Below are positions 18,234-26,271 of a stretch of 64,000 nt of DNA, piece after piece. Origin of the DNA: an uncultured delta proteobacterium (GTDB taxonomy: Bacteria; Desulfobacterota; Binatia; Binatales; Binataceae); the NCBI GenBank assembly GCA_963794325.1, contig CAWCDG010000006.1, positions 1-64,000 on the forward strand. The letters run 5' to 3'. Position 1 is the stretch's first letter, and each line of letters opens with the position of its first letter. The position numbers were made by a program, and so were the translations under genes. The notes beneath the pieces are model-generated. The model ran no database searches. It saw nothing but the letters and a program-made list of their open reading frames with translations, and was not told the DNA's origin.

Positions 18234-19619
18234 GTGCTCGAGAAATTCGCGCGCGCGATGCGCGAGCCTGCGACCAGGCGTCACTGGGCGCCACAGTTCG
18301 AATGCGCATCGCGCGAGCGTATCCGCGAGATCCAGGAAGAAAAGCTCGGCGCGATGATTCCGTACCTGTACGAGCACAGCGCGTTCTATCGCGCCAAGTT
18401 CAAGGCCGCGAAACTGAAGCCAGCCGACATCAGGACGCTGGCCGATCTTCCGAAGTTTCCAGTCACGACCAAGGACGAGATGGCGCGCGATGTCGCGGCG
18501 CATCGGCCGTGGGGAACCTACACGCCGATCGACGATCAGATGTGGCGCCGCCGCGGCTGGATGATTTTCTCGACGTCGGGCACGACCGCGACACCGCGAT
18601 CGTTCCGCTACACGGCGCTCGACGCGGAGCTGTGGGCCTCGACCAGCGCGCGCGCGTTGTATGCGATGGGCGTGCGCGCGGGCGACAACGCTCTCACCTG
18701 CACCAACTACAATCCGCACGTTTTCTTCTGGTCGATCCATTATGCGTTCAACCTGATGAAGGTCGCGGTTGTGCCCGGCGGCGTGCCGACCGAGCGGCGC
18801 CTTCAGATGATCGACCTTTACCGGCCGACGATCCTAGTCGCGACGCCTTCCTATTCGCTTCATCTGGCGGGTGCGATGCGTGAAGCGGGTGGCGATCCCG
18901 CGGCGAGCTCGATCGCGAAAGTGATTTGCGGTGGCGAGCCGGCCTCGGGGATCGCATCGACGCGGCGGAGAATCGAGGAGACCTGGAACGCCGACTTGCA
19001 CGACGTTTACGGATGCACCGAAGCGGTCCCGGCGGGATGGGCGTTCACCTGTCGCGAAGGACTCAAGCGCGATCCGGTCGGCACTCATGTGCAGGAGGAC
19101 TTACAGATTTGGGAGCTGGTCGATCCGGACACGTTCCAGCCGGTGCCGCCGGGCGGGCGCGGATTGACCGTCGTGACAAATCTGAACTCGGAGGGATCGC
19201 CGCAACTGCGCTTCCTGGTCGGCGATTTCGCGACGTTCGACTACCGCAAATGCACATGCGGACGGACGTTTGCGCGCGCTCGTGGCGGATTCAACGGCCG
19301 CTCCGACGATATGCTCAATATCCGCGGGCTCAAGCTGTTCCCGAGTGTGGTCGAGGAAATCGTGCGCGGCTTCGATTCACTGGGGAATGAATTTCAGATT
19401 GTGCTCGAGACCGAGGGCGTGATGGATGCGTTCACGATCGTCGTCGAGACGTCCGCGCCAGTCGACCAAATGTACGCGCGCGAGCTGCGTGCACGACTCG
19501 AAGCCGAGATCATTCGTCAATGCGAGCTGCGGCCGCGAATCCAGATCGCGGCGCCGGGGACGTTGCCGCGCACCGAATTCAAGGCGCGGCGCGTGATCGA
19601 TCGGCGGCGTAGCTTGTAG
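18234..19619 (+). CDS. Phenylacetate--CoA ligase family (PaaK-like) protein
   Basis: LADLPKFPVTTK, STSGTT, ATPSY, GGEP, YGCTE, GRSDDMLNIRGLKLFPS; start uncertain. Confidence 0.85.
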   Translation: MLEKFARAMREPATRRHWAPQFECASRERIREIQEEKLGAMIPYLYEHSAFYRAKFKAAKLKPADIRTLADLPKFPVTTKDEMARDVAAHRPWGTYTPIDDQMWRRRGWMIFSTSGTTATPRSFRYTALDAELWASTSARALYAMGVRAGDNALTCTNYNPHVFFWSIHYAFNLMKVAVVPGGVPTERRLQMIDLYRPTILVATPSYSLHLAGAMREAGGDPAASSIAKVICGGEPASGIASTRRRIEETWNADLHDVYGCTEAVPAGWAFTCREGLKRDPVGTHVQEDLQIWELVDPDTFQPVPPGGRGLTVVTNLNSEGSPQLRFLVGDFATFDYRKCTCGRTFARARGGFNGRSDDMLNIRGLKLFPSVVEEIVRGFDSLGNEFQIVLETEGVMDAFTIVVETSAPVDQMYARELRARLEAEIIRQCELRPRIQIAAPGTLPRTEFKARRVIDRRRSL

Positions 19620-19673
19620 CGGGACACGCACTCGGGTGGAAGAAACGCAAAGAAATAATCGCCTGCGCGGCGG

Positions 19674-19696
19674 GCGGCAGGGTGACCCCTGCACCC
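19674..19696. repeat. Second intergenic palindromic repeat family (inverted copy at 31155-31178)
   Basis: Reverse complement GGGTGCAGGGGTCACCCTGCCGC vs GGGTGCAGGGGTCACCCCTGCCGC. Confidence 0.6.
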
Positions 19697-19906
19697 TGTG
19701 AAAGTGAGAATCGCGAAATGTTGAGGACAACCTTTCGCTCTAAGGGTCGGGGGGAGGAGCGAGCGTAAAGGTGTGATGTTCGGCTTTCATCGATCAGGGT
19801 GCGCGCAGCGCATGATCAACTCACCCTTCCAATGGTGGGAAGGGGGACCGGATATTCGAGATTCGTGGTTGACGCGGACTGCCGGCAGTTTTAGATTGCA
19901 ACGATT

Positions 19907-20518
19907 ATGAAAATTTATGACTTTGCGTTTGCTCCTAATCCTCGACGGCTCAGGATCTTCGTGGCGGAGAAGGGGATCAAGATTCCGACGGAACAGGTTG
20001 ACCTCGCGACCGGCAAGAACCGCACGCCGGAGATGCTCGCGAAGAATCCCGCGGGTGGGCTGCCGTTCGTCGAGCTCGACGACGGAACGCATCTGGCCGA
20101 ATCGGTCGCCATCTGCCGCTACCTGGAAGGGTTGCATCCAGAGCCCAACTTGATGGGCAAGGACAGCCGCGAGCAGGCGTTTATCGAGATGTGGAATCGG
20201 CGCGTCGAGTTAAACCTGTTCAGCGCCGCGGCGCGTGCGTTCCAGCATACGAACGAATTGTTCAAGGCACGCATCAAGCAATTTCCCGAGTACGGCGCGA
20301 CGCAGCGCGAGACCGTGGCGAATCAATTCAAATGGCTCGACACGCAGATCGGCAACAAGCCTTTCATCGCGGGCGATCGGTTCACGATTGCGGATATCAC
20401 TGCCGAGGTCGCGGTTGATTTCGCGGTGCAAGCAGCAGGAGTCCCGATGGATCCCGCGCTCAAGAATCTTGGGCGATGGCATCAGTCGGTATCGAGCAGG
20501 CCGAGCGCGAAGGCGTGA
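19907..20518 (+). CDS. Glutathione S-transferase
   Basis: APNPRRLRIFVAEKGI, NPAGGLP, ESVAICRYLE, FTIADIT; TTGACG-N17-TAGATT immediately upstream, so the mRNA would be nearly leaderless. Confidence 0.9.
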   Translation: MKIYDFAFAPNPRRLRIFVAEKGIKIPTEQVDLATGKNRTPEMLAKNPAGGLPFVELDDGTHLAESVAICRYLEGLHPEPNLMGKDSREQAFIEMWNRRVELNLFSAAARAFQHTNELFKARIKQFPEYGATQRETVANQFKWLDTQIGNKPFIAGDRFTIADITAEVAVDFAVQAAGVPMDPALKNLGRWHQSVSSRPSAKA

Positions 20519-20525
20519 GAGCAGA

Positions 20526-20610
20526 AACCTAACCCCTAACCCCTTCCCGAGCGGGAAGGGGAACCGGAGTTTCGGGAGTAGACTCTTCCCTCAAGGGAAG
20601 GGGAACCGGA
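20526..20610. repeat. REP-like repeat plus a partial second unit
   Basis: Full unit 20526-20568; CTTCCC-TCAA-GGGAAGGGGAACCGGA at 20585-20610. Confidence 0.85.
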
Positions 20611-20679
20611 TTACCGGTTGGATCGGCAACAGACAGTTTTAAATTGCAACCACCATGAAAATTTGGCGCTGTCCTAACT

Positions 20680-20778
20680 AAAAAGAACGGGCCAGCGAAA
20701 GAGGGAGGGATCCCAGTCCAGTCGCCAGCCCGAACGCCGACTGGGAAAAGGGGGGCCAAACCCCAGTCAGCGCCCGAT
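20680..20778 (-). ncRNA. Putative small RNA, copy B (C-rich loops plus terminator hairpin)
   Basis: Minus strand: 15-bp stem (3 G-U pairs) with loop GTTTGGCCCCCCTTTT, then GGGCTGGCGA/TCGCTGGCCC with a CCCTCCC loop and GTTCTTTTT; homologous to 4396-4477. Confidence 0.65.
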
Positions 20779-20936
20779 TTGTAACAGGCAACTGATCACG
20801 GGTCTATCCGAGTTGGACGATTTATCCACCAACCCTGGACTCAAGCAATCGAGCCGAATTAGCCAACTTGCCGGTTGCAATCTGAAACCGCATTTAGGAC
20901 ACTCGCGGAAAGTACTTAGGACATTCTCCAGGAGTT

Positions 20937-21557
20937 ATGACAGTGCCGAAAATTTACGATTTTGTCGGGGCTCCGAATCCACGCCGCGTGCGGGTTTTTC
21001 TCGCGGAAAAAGGCATCAACAACGTTCCCTTCGAGCAGGTCAATCTCGCGACGGCTGACAATCGCAAGCCCGAGTTTCTGAAGATTAATCCGATGGGCGG
21101 AATACCGGTGCTCGAACTCGACGACGGAACACACATCGCGGAGTCGGTCGCGATTTGCCGCTACTTCGAGGAAATCAAGCCTGAGCCGCGCCTGATGGGT
21201 ATCGACGCGAAGGACAAAGCTGTCGTCGAGATGTGGAACCGGCGGATGGAGTTCGAAATTCTCTCGATGGCGGCGGGATCGTTCCGCAACACCAGCGACT
21301 TTTTCAAGGGGCGAATCCCGCAAGTGAAGGAATACGGCGAGATTTGCAAGAACGCGGCGGTCAAGCGGTTAGAGTGGCTCGATACGGTGCTGGCCGATCG
21401 CGAATTCATCGCGGGTCCGCGCTACACGATTGCGGATATCACAGCGTTGATCGGAATCGATTTCGGACGCACGACGCAAATCAAGATCCAGGAGAATCAG
21501 AAGAACCTCGCGCGATGGCATCAGGCGGTGTCGAGTCGGCCTAGCGCGAAGGCGTAG
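20937..21557 (+). CDS. Glutathione S-transferase (paralog of 19907)
   Basis: APNPRRVRVFLAEKGI, ESVAICRYFE, YTIADIT; same C-terminus SSRPSAKA. Confidence 0.9.
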   Translation: MTVPKIYDFVGAPNPRRVRVFLAEKGINNVPFEQVNLATADNRKPEFLKINPMGGIPVLELDDGTHIAESVAICRYFEEIKPEPRLMGIDAKDKAVVEMWNRRMEFEILSMAAGSFRNTSDFFKGRIPQVKEYGEICKNAAVKRLEWLDTVLADREFIAGPRYTIADITALIGIDFGRTTQIKIQENQKNLARWHQAVSSRPSAKA

Positions 21558-21568
21558 GAAACCTCAGC

Positions 21569-21689
21569 AACCTAACCCCTAACCCCTTCCCGAGCGGGAA
21601 GGGGAACCGGATTATTGGGAGTAACCTCTTCCCAAGCGGGAACCGGATTATTGGGAGTGACCTCTTCCAAAGCGGGAAGGGGAACCGGA
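21569..21689. repeat. REP-like repeat cluster (one full and two degenerate tandem units)
   Basis: Full unit then two TTATTGGGAGT.ACCTCTTCC..AGCGGGAA..CCGGA units between convergent genes. Confidence 0.85.
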
Positions 21690-21690
21690 T

Positions 21691-22161
21691 TTATTTGGCA
21701 GAAGCGGCGGCGATGGCGGTGGCGGGCATCGAATAGATCGGCGTGTATAGTTGGTAGCACATCAGGTACACGATCACGCCGGTAATCGATACGTACATCC
21801 ATAGCGGCCAGGTCCATCGCGCGATTTTGCGGTGGCGGGGGAATTTGCCTTTCAGTGCGAACCAGATCGTTGCGATTGCGAGTGGCACAATTACGCCCGC
21901 CAGGATTACGTGTGGGATCAGGATCGAGAAGTACAGCGACCGGACCCATCCCTGGCCGCTGAAGCGCACGTTGCCGACGTTGTAGTGATAGACGAGGTAT
22001 GAGGTCAGGAAGACCGCGGAGAAGGCCATCGCGGTGATCATGCAGGCGCGATGCGCGCGCACCTTTCCGTTTTTTATGAAGATGAATCCTGCCAGCAGCA
22101 GGACCGTGGCGCATCCGTTGAGGAACGCATTGAGCGGCGCCAGCGAATGATAAGAATCCAA
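21691..22161 (-). CDS. DUF420 family membrane protein
   Basis: LNAFLNG, HRACM, FLTSYLVYH, LIPHVILA, HRKIARWTWPLWMYVSITG. Confidence 0.9.
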   Translation of the reverse strand: MDSYHSLAPLNAFLNGCATVLLLAGFIFIKNGKVRAHRACMITAMAFSAVFLTSYLVYHYNVGNVRFSGQGWVRSLYFSILIPHVILAGVIVPLAIATIWFALKGKFPRHRKIARWTWPLWMYVSITGVIVYLMCYQLYTPIYSMPATAIAAASAK

Positions 22162-22174
22162 TCAGACCGCCAAA

Positions 22175-22567
22175 CTACGGCGTTTGCACCGGCGGCGGCG
22201 CGACCGGATTCGCACCCATCTCGGCCGCACTCGTGACCGGACGAGGATGGTCGAATCGGGTCCACATCCGCGTCGTCAGATCGGGCAGCAGCATGAAGCA
22301 GAGAAAGGTGACGAGTATCAGGGGAATGATTGCGATGATTGCGAGGGCCCTGCGCTCCATCGCGAGATGCATGAAGTACATCGCCACTAGCACCGCTTTT
22401 GCAAACGCCAGCGCGATCAGCAGGCCGACCTTGGCGACCTGCGGCAGTCCCATCGCGTACACACCCAGCTCGATCGCGGTGAGTATCGACAGGTAGATAA
22501 AAACCGCAATGTAGTTCGGCCCGCTATGCTCGGCCTCGTGTCCTGAAATCGCAGCTTGCGTCGTCAT
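22175..22567 (-). CDS. ctaF: Cytochrome c oxidase subunit IV family
   Basis: YIAVFIYLSILTAIE...LAFAKAVLVAMYFMHL. Confidence 0.85.
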   Translation of the reverse strand: MTTQAAISGHEAEHSGPNYIAVFIYLSILTAIELGVYAMGLPQVAKVGLLIALAFAKAVLVAMYFMHLAMERRALAIIAIIPLILVTFLCFMLLPDLTTRMWTRFDHPRPVTSAAEMGANPVAPPPVQTP

Positions 22568-22613
22568 GGTTTGAATTTCATCTCCAGCGCGTAGTCGTTG
22601 GAAAGCTGCTCCT

Positions 22614-23243
22614 CTAGATCAAATAGATGAACGTGAAGATCAGGATCCAGACGAGATCGACGAAGTGCCAGTACAGTCCCGCGATCTCGACCAGGTGAGC
22701 CTTCTCCTGCGTCAGCTTACCGGTCATGCCGCGAACCAAAAGCACGAAGTTGTACACGACGCCGCCGAAAACGTGACAGCCGTGGAAGCCGGTCAGGATG
22801 AAGAAGGTCGCGTCGAACAGGTCGACCTTGATCGACATGCCTTTTATTTCGAGCAGGTGATGCCACTCGAACGCCTGCATCCCAAGGAACACGATGCCGC
22901 CGAGAACGGTCAGCGCCATGAAGTTACGATAGCGCGCCATCCGGCCGGTCTGGATCGAGCCGAGCGCCTCGACCATCGTGACGCTCGAGCAGATCAGGAT
23001 GAACGTCATGATCGCGGTGGTGGTGATGCCGAGAAATGCGGCGGGCGATGGCCAGTTTGGATTGCCGATGCGCAGGGCGCCGTACGCGGCGATGGCGGCG
23101 CCGAAGGTCATCGCGTCGCCAGCCAGGAACGACCACATCCCGAGCTTGCCGAGATTTCCCGGGGTAAGCGACGGTTCTAACTGATCTTGAACCACGGCGT
23201 GATCGTGGGTCTCTACTGCAGCAGCCTCGCTCATCGCGACCAT
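22614..23243 (-). CDS. ctaE: Cytochrome c oxidase subunit III
   Basis: KLGMWSFL, TFILICSSVTM, FFILTGFHGCHV, GLYWHFVDLVW. Confidence 0.9.
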   Translation of the reverse strand: MVAMSEAAAVETHDHAVVQDQLEPSLTPGNLGKLGMWSFLAGDAMTFGAAIAAYGALRIGNPNWPSPAAFLGITTTAIMTFILICSSVTMVEALGSIQTGRMARYRNFMALTVLGGIVFLGMQAFEWHHLLEIKGMSIKVDLFDATFFILTGFHGCHVFGGVVYNFVLLVRGMTGKLTQEKAHLVEIAGLYWHFVDLVWILIFTFIYLI

Positions 23244-23287
23244 CCTCTTTGGGGCAAATAGCTATAGTCAGTGTTCATTCCAATTGA

Positions 23288-23551
23288 CTACTCGGTAGTG
23301 GAATTCTGATCCTTGCGCTGCGACCGCCGATAGGCGAAGTAGGCAATTCCGCCGATCGCGGCAAACGAGGCGTACGGCGATATCAGCATGAACACCACGC
23401 TGGTCTTGTACGCATGGAATGCCTGGTCGCCGTCCGCGAGCCCGCAGGTCGCACACGCACTCGCGAGTCGTGGAGCGGCACTGATGATCGCACTCACCAT
23501 CATCACTGCCGCGGCCTTGAGCTTTCTGCTTTTCAACATCACGTTCACCAA
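23288..23551 (-). CDS. Small exported or membrane-anchored CxxC protein in the cox operon
   Basis: Signal peptide ending ASA, then CATCG; C-terminal TM and basic tail. Confidence 0.7.
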   Translation of the reverse strand: MVNVMLKSRKLKAAAVMMVSAIISAAPRLASACATCGLADGDQAFHAYKTSVVFMLISPYASFAAIGGIAYFAYRRSQRKDQNSTTE

Positions 23552-23560
23552 TTCGCGAAC

Positions 23561-24220
23561 CTACATTAGATATACGAGCCCGAACAGGAGCGGCCAGACT
23601 GCGCAGACGAAATACCAGTACACCGCGCACAGCTCAATCGCGTGGGCGTTGCGCCCGTTGTACCTGCCTCTCATCGCAAACCACACGACGCATGCGAGCC
23701 AGATGACGCCGGCGGTCACGTGCGCGCCGTGGCATCCGATCAGCAAATAGAATGTGCCGCCGTACATGCCGCTGGAAAGCTTGAGGCCGTGCGCGACCAG
23801 CCGCACCCATTCACTGCCCTGCACTGCCAGAAACGTCACGCCGAGCGCCAGCGTCGCGAGCAGATAACGGCGGGTCAGGCGTTGTCGGCTTTGATGCACA
23901 GCGCGCAGCGCGAGCGTCATCGTGCCGGCGCTCGACAACAGTACGAAAGTGTTCACCCAGGTGACCTCGATCGGAAGTCGAGGCATAGCAGGCGGCGGCC
24001 AGAAAGCGGCGGACATGCGGTAAACCAGGAAGGTGCCGATGAGTCCGCTGAACAGCATCATCTCGGACGCGATAACGATCATGATCGCGAGCATCGCGCT
24101 GCTGATGAATGGCTGCTCGACCTGGTCGCCACCAACCCCCGAGTCGGAGGTTCGGCCGCGGCGAATCGGCGCCACCAGCGGGCGCACTTTCGCGGTCGAT
24201 GCTGTCATTCCGAGCGCCAT
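23561..24220 (-). CDS. Cytochrome c oxidase subunit III (second paralog)
   Basis: IASEMMLFSGLI, NTFVLLSS, FYLLIGCHGAHV, YWYFVCAVW. Confidence 0.85.
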   Translation of the reverse strand: MALGMTASTAKVRPLVAPIRRGRTSDSGVGGDQVEQPFISSAMLAIMIVIASEMMLFSGLIGTFLVYRMSAAFWPPPAMPRLPIEVTWVNTFVLLSSAGTMTLALRAVHQSRQRLTRRYLLATLALGVTFLAVQGSEWVRLVAHGLKLSSGMYGGTFYLLIGCHGAHVTAGVIWLACVVWFAMRGRYNGRNAHAIELCAVYWYFVCAVWPLLFGLVYLM

Positions 24221-24221
24221 A

Positions 24222-24347
24222 TCAATGATGCTTCACTATGATCGTCACTACTGAGATCGTTATTAACAAGACCATGACGCCGATTAGTATTTTCAGCGTC
24301 CGCCAGTTTTCAACTTTGCGCTCTTCGCGCGTCACCAGAGTAGCCAT
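24222..24347 (-). CDS. Small single-TM protein (41 aa)
   Basis: MATLVTREERKVENWRTLKILIGVMVLLITISVVTIIVKHH; fills the gap between ctaB and coxIII exactly. Confidence 0.6.
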   Translation of the reverse strand: MATLVTREERKVENWRTLKILIGVMVLLITISVVTIIVKHH

Positions 24348-24355
24348 TCCAATAC

Positions 24356-25261
24356 TCACACTCGATCCAGAACAAGTACTAACAACACGATTGGCAAATA
24401 AACTAATGATGCGAGCAGCAAGCGGCGCGCCGCCTTCGAACTTCCCGGCGCGCGCACCATCGTGACTCCGAACGCCAGCATCCAAATGCCCATCGCCGAC
24501 GCGACTACCAAATAGGGAATTCCGGCATAGCCCAGCATCGTCGGGATGATTCCCACCGCGATGAGTCCGAGGCTGCCACCGATCACTATCGGATTTGAGG
24601 CATTTCCGCCACGCGGATTGTCTCGCGGAAGCAGGTGGATGCCCGCGCGCGCGTAGTCGGTTCGATAAAGCCGCGCGACTGCGAATGTATGCGGCAACTG
24701 CCACAGGAACATAATCGCGAACAGGATCATCGGCTCCCAGCTAAGTCCGCCGCGCGCCGCGGCCCAACCCGCAACGGGAGGCAGCGCGCCCGGAATCGCG
24801 CCGACGATGTTGCACATCCAGGTGTAACGCTTCAGCGGAGTGTACACGCCGAGATACACGATCGTGATTACGCCAGTTACCGCGGCACAGAGCAGGTTCG
24901 TCGCGAGCGTCAGGTAGACGAAGCCGGCAACAGTCGCGATCACGCCGAACGCTAACGCTTCAACCGGACGCATCCTCATGTCGGGCAGCGGACGATTGCG
25001 CGTGCGATCCATCATCGCATCGGTATCGCGCTCGACGTACTCATTCAGTGCGAGTGTCCCGCCCGCTGCCAACGCAGTGCCCGCCAGCAGATTGAGCGCG
25101 AGCGTGATGTCGAATCCCGAGCGTCCGCCGAGATAGAAACCGGCGAGCGTCGTGACCAACACCATCAGCACGACGCGCGGCTTGGTCAACTCGAAATAGT
25201 CGCTGACGCGGCCGCGCGGCAGGGTCAGGGCGGACTCAGCGATCGCGATTTTGGCGCTCAC
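24356..25261 (-). CDS. ctaB: Heme O synthase (protoheme IX farnesyltransferase)
   Basis: YFELTKPRV, ERDTDAMMDRTRNRPLP, YTPLKR, GAIPGALPP, WQLPH; GTG start overlaps the ctaA stop. Confidence 0.92.
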   Translation of the reverse strand: MSAKIAIAESALTLPRGRVSDYFELTKPRVVLMVLVTTLAGFYLGGRSGFDITLALNLLAGTALAAGGTLALNEYVERDTDAMMDRTRNRPLPDMRMRPVEALAFGVIATVAGFVYLTLATNLLCAAVTGVITIVYLGVYTPLKRYTWMCNIVGAIPGALPPVAGWAAARGGLSWEPMILFAIMFLWQLPHTFAVARLYRTDYARAGIHLLPRDNPRGGNASNPIVIGGSLGLIAVGIIPTMLGYAGIPYLVVASAMGIWMLAFGVTMVRAPGSSKAARRLLLASLVYLPIVLLVLVLDRV

Positions 25262-26253
25262 GCGGTCACCTGCCGTTCGACCACGCGCGAAGACGCGCGC
25301 GACTCGATCGCGTGCGTGCGACTCGGCACGCCGAGAATGTGGTATGCGCGAAGCGTCAGCGTCAGGCTGGTCGCGAGAACTCCCGCGCCGACCGCGACAT
25401 GGCTGGTCGTTGGGATCACGGAACGGCCGCTCCAGATCGTTATCGCGCCGAGGCAAATCTGCACGACCAGCAGCATAAACAGCCCGAGCGCGGGACGTCG
25501 CAGTGACGCGACCTCGCGATGCGTTCGCAGCACGCGCGTTACCGTCCACAAAACCATCGCGGTGACGACCACCGCGCCGCAGCGATGCGCAAAATTAACC
25601 GCGATGTACTCGTTCCAGTACGGCGGCACCAGGTAACCGAACGAAAGCGGGAAATCGGGAATCACCAGACCGGCGCTCATGTGGCGCATCAGCGCGCCGA
25701 CCAGAATCTGCATATAGATGATGGCCGTGGTCGCGACGGCGAGCGTTTTCGTTGTCAGCGGGATTCGCGACGGGGGATCGTCGATGTGCGGGGTCGATTC
25801 CCAGCGCGGATTGGTGAAGATCGCAATCGACACCATCAGGCAGAACAAGGCCTGCGCCGTAGCCGCGTGCGTCACGGCGATCGCCAGCGGCAATTCGAAC
25901 AGTACCGTGATTCCGCCGAGTACCGCCTGCACGATGATCAACCCGAATGCGAGCATCACCAGTTGGCGGACCCATTTGCGCGGCTCGGCGCGCCACGCCC
26001 ACGCCATCAGCACGAGAGTGAGCACTACGACGGTTCCGGCCGCGAGACGATGCCCAAATTCGAAACGGATGCCGCCCTGCCAGGCTGGAATCAGTTTGCC
26101 GAACGCCAGCGGCCAGTCGGGAACGGCAAGCGCCGACCCCGTCGAAGTGACCAGTCCGCCGATAAAGATGAGGCAAAAAGTTGCGCCCGCGGTCAGCACC
26201 GCAAAGCGATGCAATCCGCGCGCCTTCTCGACCTCAGTTGGCGACTGATTCAT
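25258..26253 (-). CDS. ctaA: Heme A synthase (COX15/CtaA)
   Basis: GGLVTSTGSALAVPDWP, EFGHRL, QAVLGGITV, THA, HRC, SHV. Confidence 0.88.
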   Translation of the reverse strand: MNQSPTEVEKARGLHRFAVLTAGATFCLIFIGGLVTSTGSALAVPDWPLAFGKLIPAWQGGIRFEFGHRLAAGTVVVLTLVLMAWAWRAEPRKWVRQLVMLAFGLIIVQAVLGGITVLFELPLAIAVTHAATAQALFCLMVSIAIFTNPRWESTPHIDDPPSRIPLTTKTLAVATTAIIYMQILVGALMRHMSAGLVIPDFPLSFGYLVPPYWNEYIAVNFAHRCGAVVVTAMVLWTVTRVLRTHREVASLRRPALGLFMLLVVQICLGAITIWSGRSVIPTTSHVAVGAGVLATSLTLTLRAYHILGVPSRTHAIESRASSRVVERQVTA

Positions 26254-26271
26254 AAGTAGCTATTCGACTGA

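Noticed and set aside
21569-21689. Possible mini-CRISPR array
   Set aside because: The 'spacers' are near-identical and short, the units belong to the dispersed REP family, and no cas genes are present.
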